A stretch of DNA of 64,000 nucleotides from Azolla caroliniana (taxonomy: Eukaryota > Plantae > Polypodiophyta), in assembly GCA_043228905.1 (NCBI GenBank), contig JBHGNT010000009.1:9920001-9984000 (forward strand), read 5' to 3'. The position numbers were made by a program, and so were the translations under genes. This document shows positions 11,848 through 23,271 of the stretch, one piece after another; position 1 is the stretch's first letter, and each line of letters opens with the position of its first letter. Below the pieces are notes generated by a model. It searched no databases. It saw only the letters and a list, made by a program, of their open reading frames with translations, and was not told where the DNA came from.

Positions 11848-14351
11848 TGAGGAACGGCTCCGACAAATTGTCAGAAGCCTTATTTATTTGACGATCACCC
11901 AACCTGACATTAGCTATCTAGTCAAAGAAATCAGTCAATTCATGTAGAAGCCAACCATGGAGCAGTTTCAATGTGCGCACCACATGCTACGGTATGTTAG
12001 CGGGACTATGGATTGAGGCCGGATATACCACCATGTTATAACCGAAAAGTTAGTCGGATATACAGATGCCGGCTGGGCCAATGATGCGTCGGATCAACGG
12101 TTCACTTCTGGTTTTTCGTTTTCGCTTGGTAGCACGGTTGTTGCATGGAGTAGCAAAAAGCAACCAATAGTGGCTCTTTCGAGCACTGATGTTGAATATC
12201 GGGGCACTATTGTTGCCACCTGTGAAGCCATTTGGCTTCGGCGGCTACTGCAAGATCTCGGGATCGAATTACCGACTCCGATCCTGATCTACTATGACAA
12301 CATGAGCAGCATGCAGGTAGCCAAGAACCCTGTGTTCCATGCTCGGACAAAGCACATAGAAGTGCATTATCACTTTGTGCGCGAGCGAGTCCTCAGCGGT
12401 GAAGTAGAGCTCCGATATGTTCGGACGGATCGGTAGGTTGCCGACATCTTCACAAAGGCCCTTGAAACCGACAAGTTATTGACAGGAACTACACGCTCCC
12501 TATGCGCAACGCTCGGCCACAACCGAGCTTAGAATCAAACACAGAAAAAAACAGGGAATGAATACACGACACAAAGGACAGAAGAGTACACAGGATGTTT
12601 ACGTGGAAAACCCAAACAAGGGAAAAACCACGGCAGCCCACAGACTGCGAACTATATCAAAATGATTACAACAGTGAGCTCACGGAGGCAACGACCTTGT
12701 GCTCACGATCTTCGCCACAAGCGGCAGTTACAACAGAGGCAACGACCGGGCCGGACAATGGCCTAACACAGGGTGTCTACGGGAGACACTTCACCAAAGG
12801 GTGCTACGGCAACCGGATTAGACTTCAACGCTTAATCCGACTTAATCAAGTTACTTATTAGGATCGTCTTCATAACACGCGTAAGATATAACAATTAAGA
12901 CAGAACGGCAATTAACACAGAGATATAACAACGCTTAAGCTTTCATTAATTAACCGCTAACTATTACATTGTATCCGAGCCTTTAAATAGGTTTCCGATC
13001 TGTATTACAAAACGGTGCCATCCGCACCTGTTCGGGATCGGTCCGGATCCGGAACGGCATACCGATTCCGGTCCGTCCGTCCACACTCATAGCTTAATTA
13101 CAACCACATTCCTACTACTTAATTAGCTCTCCGTTTCCCACTCTGGACTCCTTTGCCGGCCGGTAACACATGGCATGCCCGTGGGACAGTACCTTGTACG
13201 TCGAATCCACAACCGACCCTTGCTATTCTTCGTCCAAAATGTCCAGAATGCTTTGTTCGAGAGGCTCCAATGGTTCATCTGGAAGTGGTTGTTGTTGTTG
13301 TTGTTGTTGCTGCTCTGTTGCTATCTGCTGCGGCGGGTCCGTTGGTGGTTGTTGCGGCTGCTCCTCCGTTTGTGGCTCTGACACCGGCGTCTCCGTCGTT
13401 GCTCCCTGCGTCGTGGTGGTCTCCGGTTGACTGGTTCCCGGCTGGCCTCAGCCGACGACGGTTCCTCATCACTAAGGTTAACCGTACCCGGTGTCGAGAT
13501 ATTTCGCAAGTGCGTGTGGAGATGAGGCGGGACCGCGGGGGTCTCGAACCAAAGAGCAAGCGAGGGAGGAGAAAGAGGGAGAACCGGCTACGCAGGACCG
13601 GGGATACACAGGGACACGGCCCTTCAGCACGGAGAACGCGAACAGACACCGACACAGACAGACGCGAACGGCTAAAAAAATGTATATTAACAAAAATGGC
13701 TAACACGGCTACAACCCTCGGTGGGGCACAGGTTGGTTACAACTGAACAGGCCGGCGAACAGATGCCGATGCCTGTTCGCTTCGACGCACAAACGGGGTA
13801 GCAGGTCGGAGGTGCTGCCGGAAGCACTCGGGCGTTCCTCGAAACAGCGCGAGCCTCCTCGGTACCCTGCACAGAAAGCTATGGAGCTCAAGAAGGAAGG
13901 AAACAGAGAGAGAAGCGTCCAGAAACGGTCCGACAGCACTTCGTCCTCTCTCTGCCCCAGATCTTTGCAACAGCTCTTTCCTGCTCCTTATATAGGCCGA
14001 CGAGCAGGCCGTCATGTCAGCTTTATTCCCTGTCCCTTATGGACAGGGATCCGCTCCGTTCTTCACGCATCCGCGTAGTTACGCCGCCGATTCGTACAGT
14101 TCGCGCGCGTGACCGAAAAGACTGTTCGCGCGGTCTTTGTCTTTACTCGTGTTAGGGCCCGTTCCTGCCGACCATCCTCCTAATTCGATTCTATGTACAA
14201 CTTGGAGCGTGCGCGCGTGAAGAACCGGTTCCCACGCCTTGGTGCGCCGATTCCGCTTATGGACGGTTTTCTTCACGACATCCGCCCCCACCTAACCGCG
14301 CATCCTCCGGTATGCGCCAAGAGAGTTGGGACGGAGAAAACCGGCCCGTCT

Positions 14352-17300
14352 TCATTCCTCGCCCGTCGGTTCTTCCTCGTTTCCGGATCGTTCGTCACTG
14401 CTGACTAGGAGAGCCGGGTCCGGCTCGTCGTCATGTCGCTTCTTGAACGCTTTGATCCGCTTCCCTGCAACCGGTATCGCCACTCTCGTGCCGTCGAGTT
14501 CCGCCAGGTGATATGTCCCGTTGCCATTGGCGCTCCGTACCGCGTAAGGCCCAAACCACCTACGTGCGAACTTCCTTGTAGCTCGGTGCTGGTTGTCGAG
14601 ACTGCTGTCGTAGACGAGCACCCAGTCACCTTCTTCGATCTTCTTCGGTCGGAGCCGGTGCGTTCGGTCGAACCTGGCTTTGTTCTTTGCCCTCGCCACC
14701 CGGAGCCTCTCCGTAGCCAGTTCCACGTCCTCCGGTCTCCGCTCGAGTTGTCGTATACGCGCGGCCAACAACTCCTCCCGGCTCATCTCGTCCCTCCAAT
14801 CGACCGTTGCCCATGAGGAGATCGTCCGTTCCATCGGCATGATCGGCTTCTGGCCGAACATGAGCTCCGTCGGCATGTACCCGGTTACCGAACTGTGCGT
14901 GGTCCGGTCTGCCCACAAAGCATAAGGTAGCAGCCGCGGCCAGTCACCGACTCGGCCTCCGCATGCCCGGACCAACGCCTTGACGATCGGTCCGTGTCCG
15001 CGCTCCACCTTTCCATTCGCCTCCGGATTGTATGCAGTGGTGAGCGAGAGCTTGACTCCCAGCCGGTCGAACAGCTCCGCGGCTTCTTCGGCGTCCAACT
15101 CCCCTCGGTCAGCCACGATCTTCCCGACGCACCCGTACCGGCATATCACGTCCTCGATTAGGAACCGGCATACGGCCGCGGTCGTTTTGTTCGGAAGGGC
15201 CCGGCCTTCCACCTGGTTCGTCAGATCCTCCCGCGCTAGGACCAGGTACCGCATCTGTCCTACCCCCATTGGCATCGTCACCAGATCTACCATCCATTTG
15301 AAGTGGATGGTCGGAGGGTACGTGGGGTGAAGTTCGTCCCGATGTCGGACTATGGAGTGCATCTGACAGCTCTCGCAAGTTGTCACGAACCGATGCACGT
15401 CCTGGTACTGCCCCGGCCACCAATACTTCCCCTTCAGTTTCTCAAACGTAGCCCATGTTCCACGGTGTCCAGCCCAAGGGCTGTCGTGGTAGGCCGTCAG
15501 CAGCTCCTCCTGTTCTTCCTTCATCGCCACCACCCGGAGCGGAGCGCCGTCCCTCTTCTTCGGGTGCTTCCATAGGTAGCCATCCCGGAGAAAGAACCGG
15601 TACGCTTTCTTCCGGATCCGGTTGGCCTCGTCCTTCGTCCATGACGCATCGGGCGTCATCGCCTTCAAAAACCCACCGATCTGCAGCCACTCCCCGTCGT
15701 ACTTGCTCGCGTCGAAGTCGTTAAGCGCCGGAGTGCTTGTTCCGTCGGTTGTTACATACGCGGTCTCGAAGAAGTCCACGCCGACCTCTTCGTCCTCCGA
15801 AACCATGCCGCCCTCGTCATCGAATCTCGCCCTTGAAAGCATGTCGGCCATGGCGTTGTCTTTCCCGGAAATGTGTCGTATTACCGGGTCTAGGGACTTG
15901 ATGTACGCTATCCACCTGAGCATTGCCAGGTCCGGCGTCGCGCATCCGGAAACCATGCCGAGAATCGGCATGCAATCCGTCTCTATGATTACCTCCGTCC
16001 CGATCAGATAGTCCTTGTCGGCCTTCACCGCCGAAACGATACCCCAGAGTTCGCGTTTAACCTGGGCGTATCCTCGCTGCCGTTCGCTGAGGACCTTCGC
16101 GCCGAATCGGATCGGAAACCGATTGCCGTCCTCGTCTTCTTGGTTGACGACCCACCCGATTCCAGTCGGACTCGTGTCAACCGTCATGTACACTGGGGTG
16201 CCCTTCCTGTAGACGGCCTTTCGGAGCGCCGGTGCTGCCGAAAGAGCCTCCTTCAGCTTCCGGACCGACTCCGTGTGCTTGTCTAGCCATTCGAATCTTC
16301 GCCCTTTCCTCAATAATCCGTATAGCGGCTCCGCAACGTGGGCGTAATGCGGGATCCATATGTGGTAGAATGCGCATGCCCCCAGGAATCTTCGTACTTC
16401 CGTGACCGAGCTGCAGTCGGGCTTCATCGCGGAGATGGCTTCTACCTTTGCCGGAGACGGTTTCCGGCCATATGGCCCACATAAGTGTCCGACCACCATG
16501 ATTTCCGACTGCCCGAAGGCTGATTTCTCCCCCGAGAAGGTGAGCCTCGCATCCTCTAGCCTTTGCAGCACCTTCTCGCAGTCGTCGATGTGCGCCATCA
16601 CGAATCGCCGGCATCCGTCCGGCCCGACCGTCTCGTCCTTCTCTTCTACCGGGCATCCCTTGATCGGGATGTCGTCTAGAAACGGCATGGTGATGTCCGG
16701 GATGCAGTCCCTCAGCACCTTGTTCATCGCATTCACCATGTGGGCCACCGAGTTGGTCCCTCCTTGCGGCAGCGTACACATCCGCACTAGGCCGAGGGGA
16801 GTTCGCATCGTCGTAATGTCTCTGCTTTCCACGGCTAGCTGGAACTGGTCGTACCCTGAGTATAGATCACCGACCGAGTAAATCGACCTTCCGGCGAAGG
16901 CCTCCGCGAACTCGTCTATGGTCGGCCCGATCCCTGCGTTCCGAATGGTCACTCTATTGACCGGCTGCAGGTCCTGAATGAAGCGCAATGATCCGTTTTT
17001 CTTTGGCACGGTAAACCACCGGTTTGAATACGGGGCGCTCGACGGCTCGAGAATGCCCATATCAACTTTCTGCTTCAACAGCTCCATCAACTTCGGGATG
17101 TGAGCTCTCGGGACCGAAATTGGCTTGAGATTCCACGGTACATGCGGTACCGTGAATATCACCATTGGCTCTACGATCGTCGGGTCTACGCACCCGATTT
17201 CCTCCGGTGAGAATGCGAAGGCTTTCCCGTGCCTTCCGAGCATTCTCCGGAACCGGTCTTCCTCCGCCGGCAGTAGGAACCCGCCCCCACCGATCTTCAG

Positions 17301-17840
17301 CTCGCGGAGCGTCTCGTTGGTGAAGGTGTGTCCTATGCAGGCCGGATCTCGTAAGCTGGGGTCCGATGCAACCCCTTTGATTCGGGATTCGCTGCCCTCC
17401 GGTAAGGGCGCCGCAACTGGCCTCACCTTCCGGTCCACCGTCTTGTACTTGGTGCTCACTCGGGCCGTCCGTTCCGACTCGAGCCCTCGACCGAAGTCCG
17501 CGATGACTTCGTACATTTCTTCGGAACATACCGGTATCGTCCGGTCTTCGTTAAGGTCTTCTTCGACTACCTTCCCCAGCATCCCCAAGGTGTCGTCGAA
17601 GGAGACTGCCTCCACGGCTCCGTTGATTCCTTCGTCAGGGCCGAGAACTCCGCACGCCCGAAGTCTCCCCTCCGTCTTTGTTTTCTCTCGGCCGGTGATG
17701 CCGACCATCGTACACGCTCCGCTGTCGGAGAAGCAAAATTTCCTACCTATTGTACACGGTTTTATCGTACAGATGTGGGGGTTTCCCGGAGCATCCGGAC
17801 TGTCGCGGCCCCACGCCTTGGCAGTCCTCTCTAAAAATCC
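14352..17840 (-). CDS. Element E pol (RT-RNaseH-integrase), frame open back to the Gag-PR stop
   Basis: VPKKNGSLRFIQD, LPQGG, PFLDD, RH VDTS/DMLSR, HHCC (GHRG...CESC), integrase core, GPY. No stop in this frame up to 17870. Confidence 0.93.
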   Translation of the reverse strand, partial: GFLERTAKAWGRDSPDAPGNPHICTIKPCTIGRKFCFSDSGACTMVGITGREKTKTEGRLRACGVLGPDEGINGAVEAVSFDDTLGMLGKVVEEDLNEDRTIPVCSEEMYEVIADFGRGLESERTARVSTKYKTVDRKVRPVAAPLPEGSESRIKGVASDPSLRDPACIGHTFTNETLRELKIGGGGFLLPAEEDRFRRMLGRHGKAFAFSPEEIGCVDPTIVEPMVIFTVPHVPWNLKPISVPRAHIPKLMELLKQKVDMGILEPSSAPYSNRWFTVPKKNGSLRFIQDLQPVNRVTIRNAGIGPTIDEFAEAFAGRSIYSVGDLYSGYDQFQLAVESRDITTMRTPLGLVRMCTLPQGGTNSVAHMVNAMNKVLRDCIPDITMPFLDDIPIKGCPVEEKDETVGPDGCRRFVMAHIDDCEKVLQRLEDARLTFSGEKSAFGQSEIMVVGHLCGPYGRKPSPAKVEAISAMKPDCSSVTEVRRFLGACAFYHIWIPHYAHVAEPLYGLLRKGRRFEWLDKHTESVRKLKEALSAAPALRKAVYRKGTPVYMTVDTSPTGIGWVVNQEDEDGNRFPIRFGAKVLSERQRGYAQVKRELWGIVSAVKADKDYLIGTEVIIETDCMPILGMVSGCATPDLAMLRWIAYIKSLDPVIRHISGKDNAMADMLSRARFDDEGGMVSEDEEVGVDFFETAYVTTDGTSTPALNDFDASKYDGEWLQIGGFLKAMTPDASWTKDEANRIRKKAYRFFLRDGYLWKHPKKRDGAPLRVVAMKEEQEELLTAYHDSPWAGHRGTWATFEKLKGKYWWPGQYQDVHRFVTTCESCQMHSIVRHRDELHPTYPPTIHFKWMVDLVTMPMGVGQMRYLVLAREDLTNQVEGRALPNKTTAAVCRFLIEDVICRYGCVGKIVADRGELDAEEAAELFDRLGVKLSLTTAYNPEANGKVERGHGPIVKALVRACGGRVGDWPRLLPYALWADRTTHSSVTGYMPTELMFGQKPIMPMERTISSWATVDWRDEMSREELLAARIRQLERRPEDVELATERLRVARAKNKARFDRTHRLRPKKIEEGDWVLVYDSSLDNQHRATRKFARRWFGPYAVRSANGNGTYHLAELDGTRVAIPVAGKRIKAFKKRHDDEPDPALLVSSDERSGNEEEPTGEE

Positions 17841-19957
17841 TCTCGGTTTTCGGAACCGAGGGAATCGCGGTTACGTTCGTGGTTCGGCTGTACCGTCAGA
17901 AACTGGACCGAATGGCGCCCGTCTTGGCTTTTGACCCTTGCGTAGGCCGAACCATTGTCCAGCACTTTGGTCTCCATTCGCGCCGCCGTGATGTACGGCT
18001 CTCCCAGAATGACCGGATACGAAGACGTCTCCTGCACGAAGAAGTGCTGGTCAATCTCGACGTCGCCGATCTTGACTCGCACATTCGGACAGGCCCCGTG
18101 CAGTTCCTCGGTGGCGCGCGTTGCTGCCCTTATTTTCCACCCGTGCTTGGTGTTGATCGGCCATTTGCCCTTCTTATAGAAGTCCATGGACATCAAATTG
18201 ATCTCCGATCCGTGGTCCACCAAAGCTATCACCGGTTCCTGGACATCGCCGATCTTCACCGGGGTTTCCGTGGTCGCTCGGGCCCAGTGTGGTCTCGAAT
18301 AGTGGCTTTCCGCCCACTCGTCTCCCAGCGCCATGTCGTCTAGGTGCGTCGTCCGCACTTCCACCGGTCTTTCCGGTTCTGTCTCCGTCGACAGCCTCTT
18401 CCGTTTCACCAAGTCCACGATGGAGTCGTGGAACTCCTTCTTGGCGATTCCCAGCACCTCTCGTAACGACAGCTCCACCTTGCTGTCGAGGATCCGTTCC
18501 TCCAGGACCTTTCGTAAGTCCGTGGTCCTTTCTATCTCCGTCCCCAGACGGTACCCGCCCTTCTGGGGTTTATCTTGCGTACCGGCCCCGCCGGCTTCGT
18601 CCCGTCGTGGCCCGGACCGGGTCTCGTATCGTTGTGAGGGCTCGGTCGTCCCGGGTCTCCCCACCCGCTTCTCTTCTACCAGAGCCTCGTAGTTCTGGCA
18701 AGCGGCTTCCACGAAGCCCGTCCTTTCCTCGACCGGGTCGCTCCACCCGGTCATCTCCCGTACCCGTTTCTCCGCACGGTCCGATTCCTCCCCTTTAAGC
18801 CTTGCACCGGCAAGGCCTTCCAGCATCGTCGGCCAGAATCCGGCTTTGCTTTCCCTTCGGGCCTCGCCGCCCCCGACTCGAATGCCGGCCGACGCCGAGT
18901 AGTGGACGGTTTCCGCGTGTCGGGCCGCCGCCTCTTCCATCAACCTTTTCATACCACCCTTTCCGTCGTTTCGGCTCAGGGCCCTTCGGGTGTCGCTGGC
19001 ATGCACCCGTCCTTCCCACAGGTACACCACCCTGTTCCTCAGCGCCTCCGCGAAGTCGCCGCAGTCCTTCCGAATGTGGCCGACTTCATCGCACCACATG
19101 CACCTGTTTCCTGCCGCCGGCCGTCGGTCACGAGCCGGTTCGCCTCCTTCTCTTCGGGCCTGCGCGATTTGGAGGTCCTTTATCGCCTTCGTCAATTCCT
19201 CCAGCGCCGCTCCTCCGGTTGAGCCTCTGACTACGCCGGTCGAAGCCGAACCGGTATCCAACCACTCTCGGGTCTCTTCCTTTCGCACCTGTGGCGCTGG
19301 ATCGAGCTTCCTTGCTGCGACCGAGCCCGACCCGGTTGCACCGTTATCCGCCCATTCTCGCCGTTTGTCGAAACGGCCACAGACCTTCCTGACAGCCGCC
19401 CAGTCCGTAGTGAGCCCGTCTTCGGTTTCCAGCAAGAGGCCCACGTGCTCCCGATCCCGTTCGTCGACCGACTTGACAAACAGCAAGACCCGGCTCGTGT
19501 CCAGGATGGTTCGGTCGAGTGCCGAAAGGCGCGCAAAGTTTTCCTCGAACTCCCGGAGGAGCGCCGACGCGTTTCTTCCCTTCCCCGGGGACTCCACCCA
19601 TTCCATGAATCTTCGCTTCGAAAGCCGGAGCGCGTCGTCCAGCCCGTATTTCTCTAGGAGCCGACCTTCGAACTCCTCCCAGGTACGGCTCTCCGTCCGC
19701 ACCTCGAGCACCTCCGCATGGATGCTCGGCATCGCCACTCGGGGAAATCCGGCAAGACGCCTTTCTTCCGGAATGTCCCGCATCAGCATCTCTGCACCGT
19801 AGGACGCCAAATACTTCGTGGCATCCTTCCCATCGAACCGGCCGATCGTGCCGACGACCGCCTCAATAGCTCTGTCGAGGGCACCGGTGCTCTCGCGCGC
19901 GTTTACAATCCGATCCACTGCCGAAGCCATGGCCTCTGCGAGATCCGACCCCCTCAT
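17831..19957 (-). CDS. Element E Gag-protease
   Basis: RFDGKDATKYL, zinc knuckle CMWCDEVGHIRKDC, aspartic protease ALVDHGSEIN...VILG. Likely start MRGSDL just after the PBS. Confidence 0.9.
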   Translation of the reverse strand: MRGSDLAEAMASAVDRIVNARESTGALDRAIEAVVGTIGRFDGKDATKYLASYGAEMLMRDIPEERRLAGFPRVAMPSIHAEVLEVRTESRTWEEFEGRLLEKYGLDDALRLSKRRFMEWVESPGKGRNASALLREFEENFARLSALDRTILDTSRVLLFVKSVDERDREHVGLLLETEDGLTTDWAAVRKVCGRFDKRREWADNGATGSGSVAARKLDPAPQVRKEETREWLDTGSASTGVVRGSTGGAALEELTKAIKDLQIAQARREGGEPARDRRPAAGNRCMWCDEVGHIRKDCGDFAEALRNRVVYLWEGRVHASDTRRALSRNDGKGGMKRLMEEAAARHAETVHYSASAGIRVGGGEARRESKAGFWPTMLEGLAGARLKGEESDRAEKRVREMTGWSDPVEERTGFVEAACQNYEALVEEKRVGRPGTTEPSQRYETRSGPRRDEAGGAGTQDKPQKGGYRLGTEIERTTDLRKVLEERILDSKVELSLREVLGIAKKEFHDSIVDLVKRKRLSTETEPERPVEVRTTHLDDMALGDEWAESHYSRPHWARATTETPVKIGDVQEPVIALVDHGSEINLMSMDFYKKGKWPINTKHGWKIRAATRATEELHGACPNVRVKIGDVEIDQHFFVQETSSYPVILGEPYITAARMETKVLDNGSAYARVKSQDGRHSVQFLTVQPNHERNRDSLGSENREDF

Positions 19958-19979
19958 CTTCTGCTCTTCTGCCGCCTCT

Positions 19980-19997
19980 TTCACGTCGGGTTCACCA
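19980..19997 (-). promoter_or_regulatory. Primer-binding site of element E, complementary to tRNA-Trp
   Basis: Plus strand reads TTCACGTCGGGTTCACCA, the 3' end of plant cytosolic tRNA-Trp plus CCA as I recall it; lies 4 nt from the 5' LTR. Confidence 0.8.
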
Positions 19998-20790
19998 AAG
20001 ATGTCGAGATATTTCGCAAGTGCGTGTGGAGATGAGGCGGGACCGCGGGGGTCTCGAACCAAAGAGCAAGCAAGGGAGGAGAAAGAGGGAGAACCGGCTA
20101 CGCAGGACCGGGGATACACAGGGACACGGCCCTTCAGCACGGAGAACGCGAACAGACACCGACACAGACAGACGCGAACGGCTAAAAAAATGTATATTAA
20201 CAAAAATGGCTAACACGGCTACAACCCTCGGTGGGGCACAGGTTGGTTACAACTTAACAGGCCGGCGAACAGATGCCGATGCCTGTTCGCTTCGACGCAC
20301 AAACGGGGTAGCAGGTCGGAGGTGCTGCCGGAAGCACTCGGGCGTTCCTCGAAACAGCGCGAGCCTCCTCGGTACCCTGCACAGAAAGCTATGGAGCTCA
20401 AGAAGGAAGGAAACAGAGAGAGAAGCGTCCAGAAACGGTCCGACAGCACTTCGTCCTCTCTCTGCCCCAGATCTTTGCAACAGCTCTTTCCTGCTCCTTA
20501 TATAGGCCGACGAGCAGGCCGTCATGTCAGCTTTATTCCCTGTCCCTTATGGACAGGGATCCGCTCCGTTCTTCACGCATCCGCGTAGTTACGCCGCCGA
20601 TTCGTACAGTTCGCGCGCGTGACCGAAAAGACTGTTCGCGCGGTCTTTGTCTTTACTCGTGTTAGGGCCCGTTCCTACCGACCATCCTCCTAATTCGATT
20701 CTATGTACAACTTGGAGCGTGCGCGCGTGAAGAACCGGTTCCCACGCCTTGGTGCGCCGATTCCGCTTATGGACGGTTTTCTTCACGACA

Positions 20791-23271
20791 CCGGGACGGC
20801 TCGTAGCTTTCAAACTGGATTTGAGCGTCCAGCCTATCATCGTCCAGCTGAGCTACGAGCTGCCTGACCTGCGCCAGCTGTTCATCTGCCAGGACTTGGA
20901 AGTCGTCGGCCAGCTCGTCTCGTATGGCGGTGAAGTCCTCGGAAGTCAACGTATAATAGTCATCTCCTTCCTTCCGCCGGTTTGCCACATCCGCCCGTAG
21001 CAACTGGAGTTCCGCCGCGTTTTGTGCCCACTTTGTCAACCATTTTACGGAGCTTTCATCAATCAAGTGCTTCGTCTGATTCAGCCATGCCTGGAGGATG
21101 GACTGAATCCGGCTCGTTCCCAATTGCGATTTGGTTTCCGCCGCTTGCCGTTCCTCCTTCAGTTGTTTGATGATTTTTACGTTGTCCTCCGCCTGCGCCT
21201 TGTAATGCGTCAATTGCCTTTGATATGTACTTTGTAATTTCTGCAATACTGTTGACGCTCTCTCTTTGTCTTCCTGCTGCTGCCTCTGGAGCTCCATCCA
21301 GACCTTCTCCGCCTCTTCTAAGCGCCTTGTATTTTCCGCCCTTTCGTCGGCGATCGCCGTCGCGGCCCGATCAACTGTCTGCTGGAGCTCGGCCATCCGT
21401 TCTTTATGCTCCGTTTCCAGCCGTTTGTAGTCCCGGTGCAGGTGCTCAAAATCATCCGTCTTTTGCTTGAGCCGTGCGTTGATCTGACGACGGGCCCGGT
21501 CCTCGCGGTCCTTCTGCAGGCGGAGCTCTTCCTTTAGCCGTTCAATCTCTGTTTCCGCCGTTTTCCGCAGCTTGTCCTTTTCCTGCAGCACTTTGTCTTT
21601 CTCCTCCTTTAGCCGGTCGTACGCTTGATGGCCTTTCCGGAGGCTCTCCTCTGCCCAGTGGAGGTTCTCAGCAGTCTTCTTTAATTCGGCTTCGGCCACC
21701 GTCTTCAATTCTCGTTCCCGGCTCCTTAGCGCTTCTTGTGTGGCAAGTTCCTCTCTCAATTCCGCAAACTCCCGAGCTTGCGTCGCATCTCTTGCCGGAA
21801 CGGTTTCCGATGCCGGGGTCTTATTGCTATGTACAGTTCGTTCCGTTTCTTTATTCTGTACACTTACCAGAGTCACCGGTGATTGGATCCGTATTTTGGC
21901 CATCTCTGTCGTGACCTGATCCAAATCTTTTTCAAGGCACCGGATTCTGGACCGGGCCGTCTCTAGTTGTTCGGTTGTGACGAGCAACCGTTCGCTTTGC
22001 GCTCTTTCTTCCGCCTCTATATACCCCACTGCTCCGGCTATTTGTTCGCCTATCCACCAGAGCCACAGGCTACCAGTGCCTTGTTGTGCTTGCACGGAGG
22101 TTTGATAGATGGGCTCACTTGTAGAGGGGTGGTCCCGCCTGGTTGCGCCGAGTTGCAATTCCGTTTCTACCCGTAGACCATCCTGCTGTCCTTGGTCCCC
22201 TTGCGCTTCTTCTTGGCTAACCGAGGGAGGCTGCAGTGACCTTTCCGACTCTGGCGGGATGGGACTTGCCGGTGTTGCCGGTGGTGCCGGGGCTTCTGTT
22301 TCCGGTGCCATCTGCACCAGTTCCGGTTCCTTCCTTGGCGTAGGAGTCTCAGTATGGGGAGCCGGTGTTCCCTCCGTCTGAGGGACCGAACGTTTCCCAG
22401 CTGTCTCAACGGTCCTTGCCGACAACCGTTGTTGGAGGTGCTCCGTAGGCTCCTCCTCTATTTCCTCCTCCTGAGCTCCGGCATTGAGTTTTGCCGCCAA
22501 GGGGTCCACTTCTCGATTCACCGGTCGGCAGAGTGTGACCTTTACGGGCCGTGCCGGTGGTTCCTCCTGCGCCTCTGTTGGGCGCTTCCGGCTGCCACTT
22601 CCTGCTGCCGCCTGGTTTGCATCCGCCGCCTTTCCCTTACTGGCCTTAGAGGCCAACAGCTGTTGCCGTTTGGAAGCCGTCCTTGGGGTGCCGTCCGGCA
22701 CTCTTCCTCGCTTCTTGGGCTAGACGGTCTGAACGGGTGGCACCAGCAAGGTGAGCCACTGCGTTACGGCGTGCCATATCCTTCGTCCGTCTCGGCCTTC
22801 TTTGCCGTCTTTGCCTCTGACGATTTCGATCGCCGCACACAACCCGTCTGCAATCAATACTGGCCAATCCACCTTGATCCCTTCATAGGTGGCGATGATC
22901 ATCCCTGCCCGGTTCTGTGGCATGACAGCGGGTCTAGGGTATACGTGGCCGTATTCATGGAGCACACGAGCAATTTCGCGGAACAGCATATCTCCGCCGC
23001 CCTGTGTCCGGTAGCCCTTGCTGGCTAGAGAGTACTCACCAAAATACCTGATGAGTTACTCCGGGGTTGGATTGTCGATCGTGAGTATGCCTCCCTCCGA
23101 AAGGCCTGTTAACGCTCGAATCCCCTCTGCCGTTATGACCTCTGTATCGATTTCCTTGATCACTTTGTCGGCTTCTTTGTGTGGCGGTACTTCCATCATC
23201 ATCAAGAAGCCCTGGAGCCCGTGTTGCTTCAGCCAAGTCTTGGCGGCTTCCGACAGCGTTTGCGGGTCCAT
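20791..23271 (-). pseudogene. Element D extra ORF (continues at 13275-13487), coiled-coil-rich, two in-frame stops
   Basis: ORFs 23056-23271, 22720-22989 and 20767-22701 share one frame; removing E joins YEPSR to VRLTLVMRN. Confidence 0.8.

Larger units (their letters stand above)
6512..12479 (+). mobile_element. Degraded Copia family B element (5'LTR 6512-6985, PBS, gag, PR, IN to ~9895; RT/RH 11848-12479), interrupted by foreign DNA
   Basis: TG...CA LTR; PBS TGGTATCAGAGC at 6986-6997 (tRNA-iMet); gag KLDRSNYASW; PR WYVDPGASNH; RH HARTKHIEVHYHF. Confidence 0.85.
13492..20790 (-). mobile_element. Young, apparently intact Ty3/Gypsy element E
   Basis: 789-bp LTRs at 13492-14280 and 20002-20790 (TG...CA, about 3 differences); TSD CCGG at 13488-13491 and 20791-20794; PBS 19980-19997; PPT 14281-14293. 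Confidence 0.96.

Noticed and set aside
13153-13746. Hydrophobic poly-Val and Cys-rich ORFs resembling membrane or metallothionein proteins
   Set aside because: Products of a (GTT)n tract on the antisense strand of D's extra ORF, spanning a TE junction.
14433-20035. Many plus-strand ORFs of 100-270 aa
   Set aside because: Antisense shadows of GC-rich gag/pol with no recognisable motifs.
19958-20203. N-terminal ~82 aa of the 790-aa ORF
   Set aside because: Lies in the LTR and PBS and starts at a non-ATG codon; the Gag start is more likely MRGSDL.
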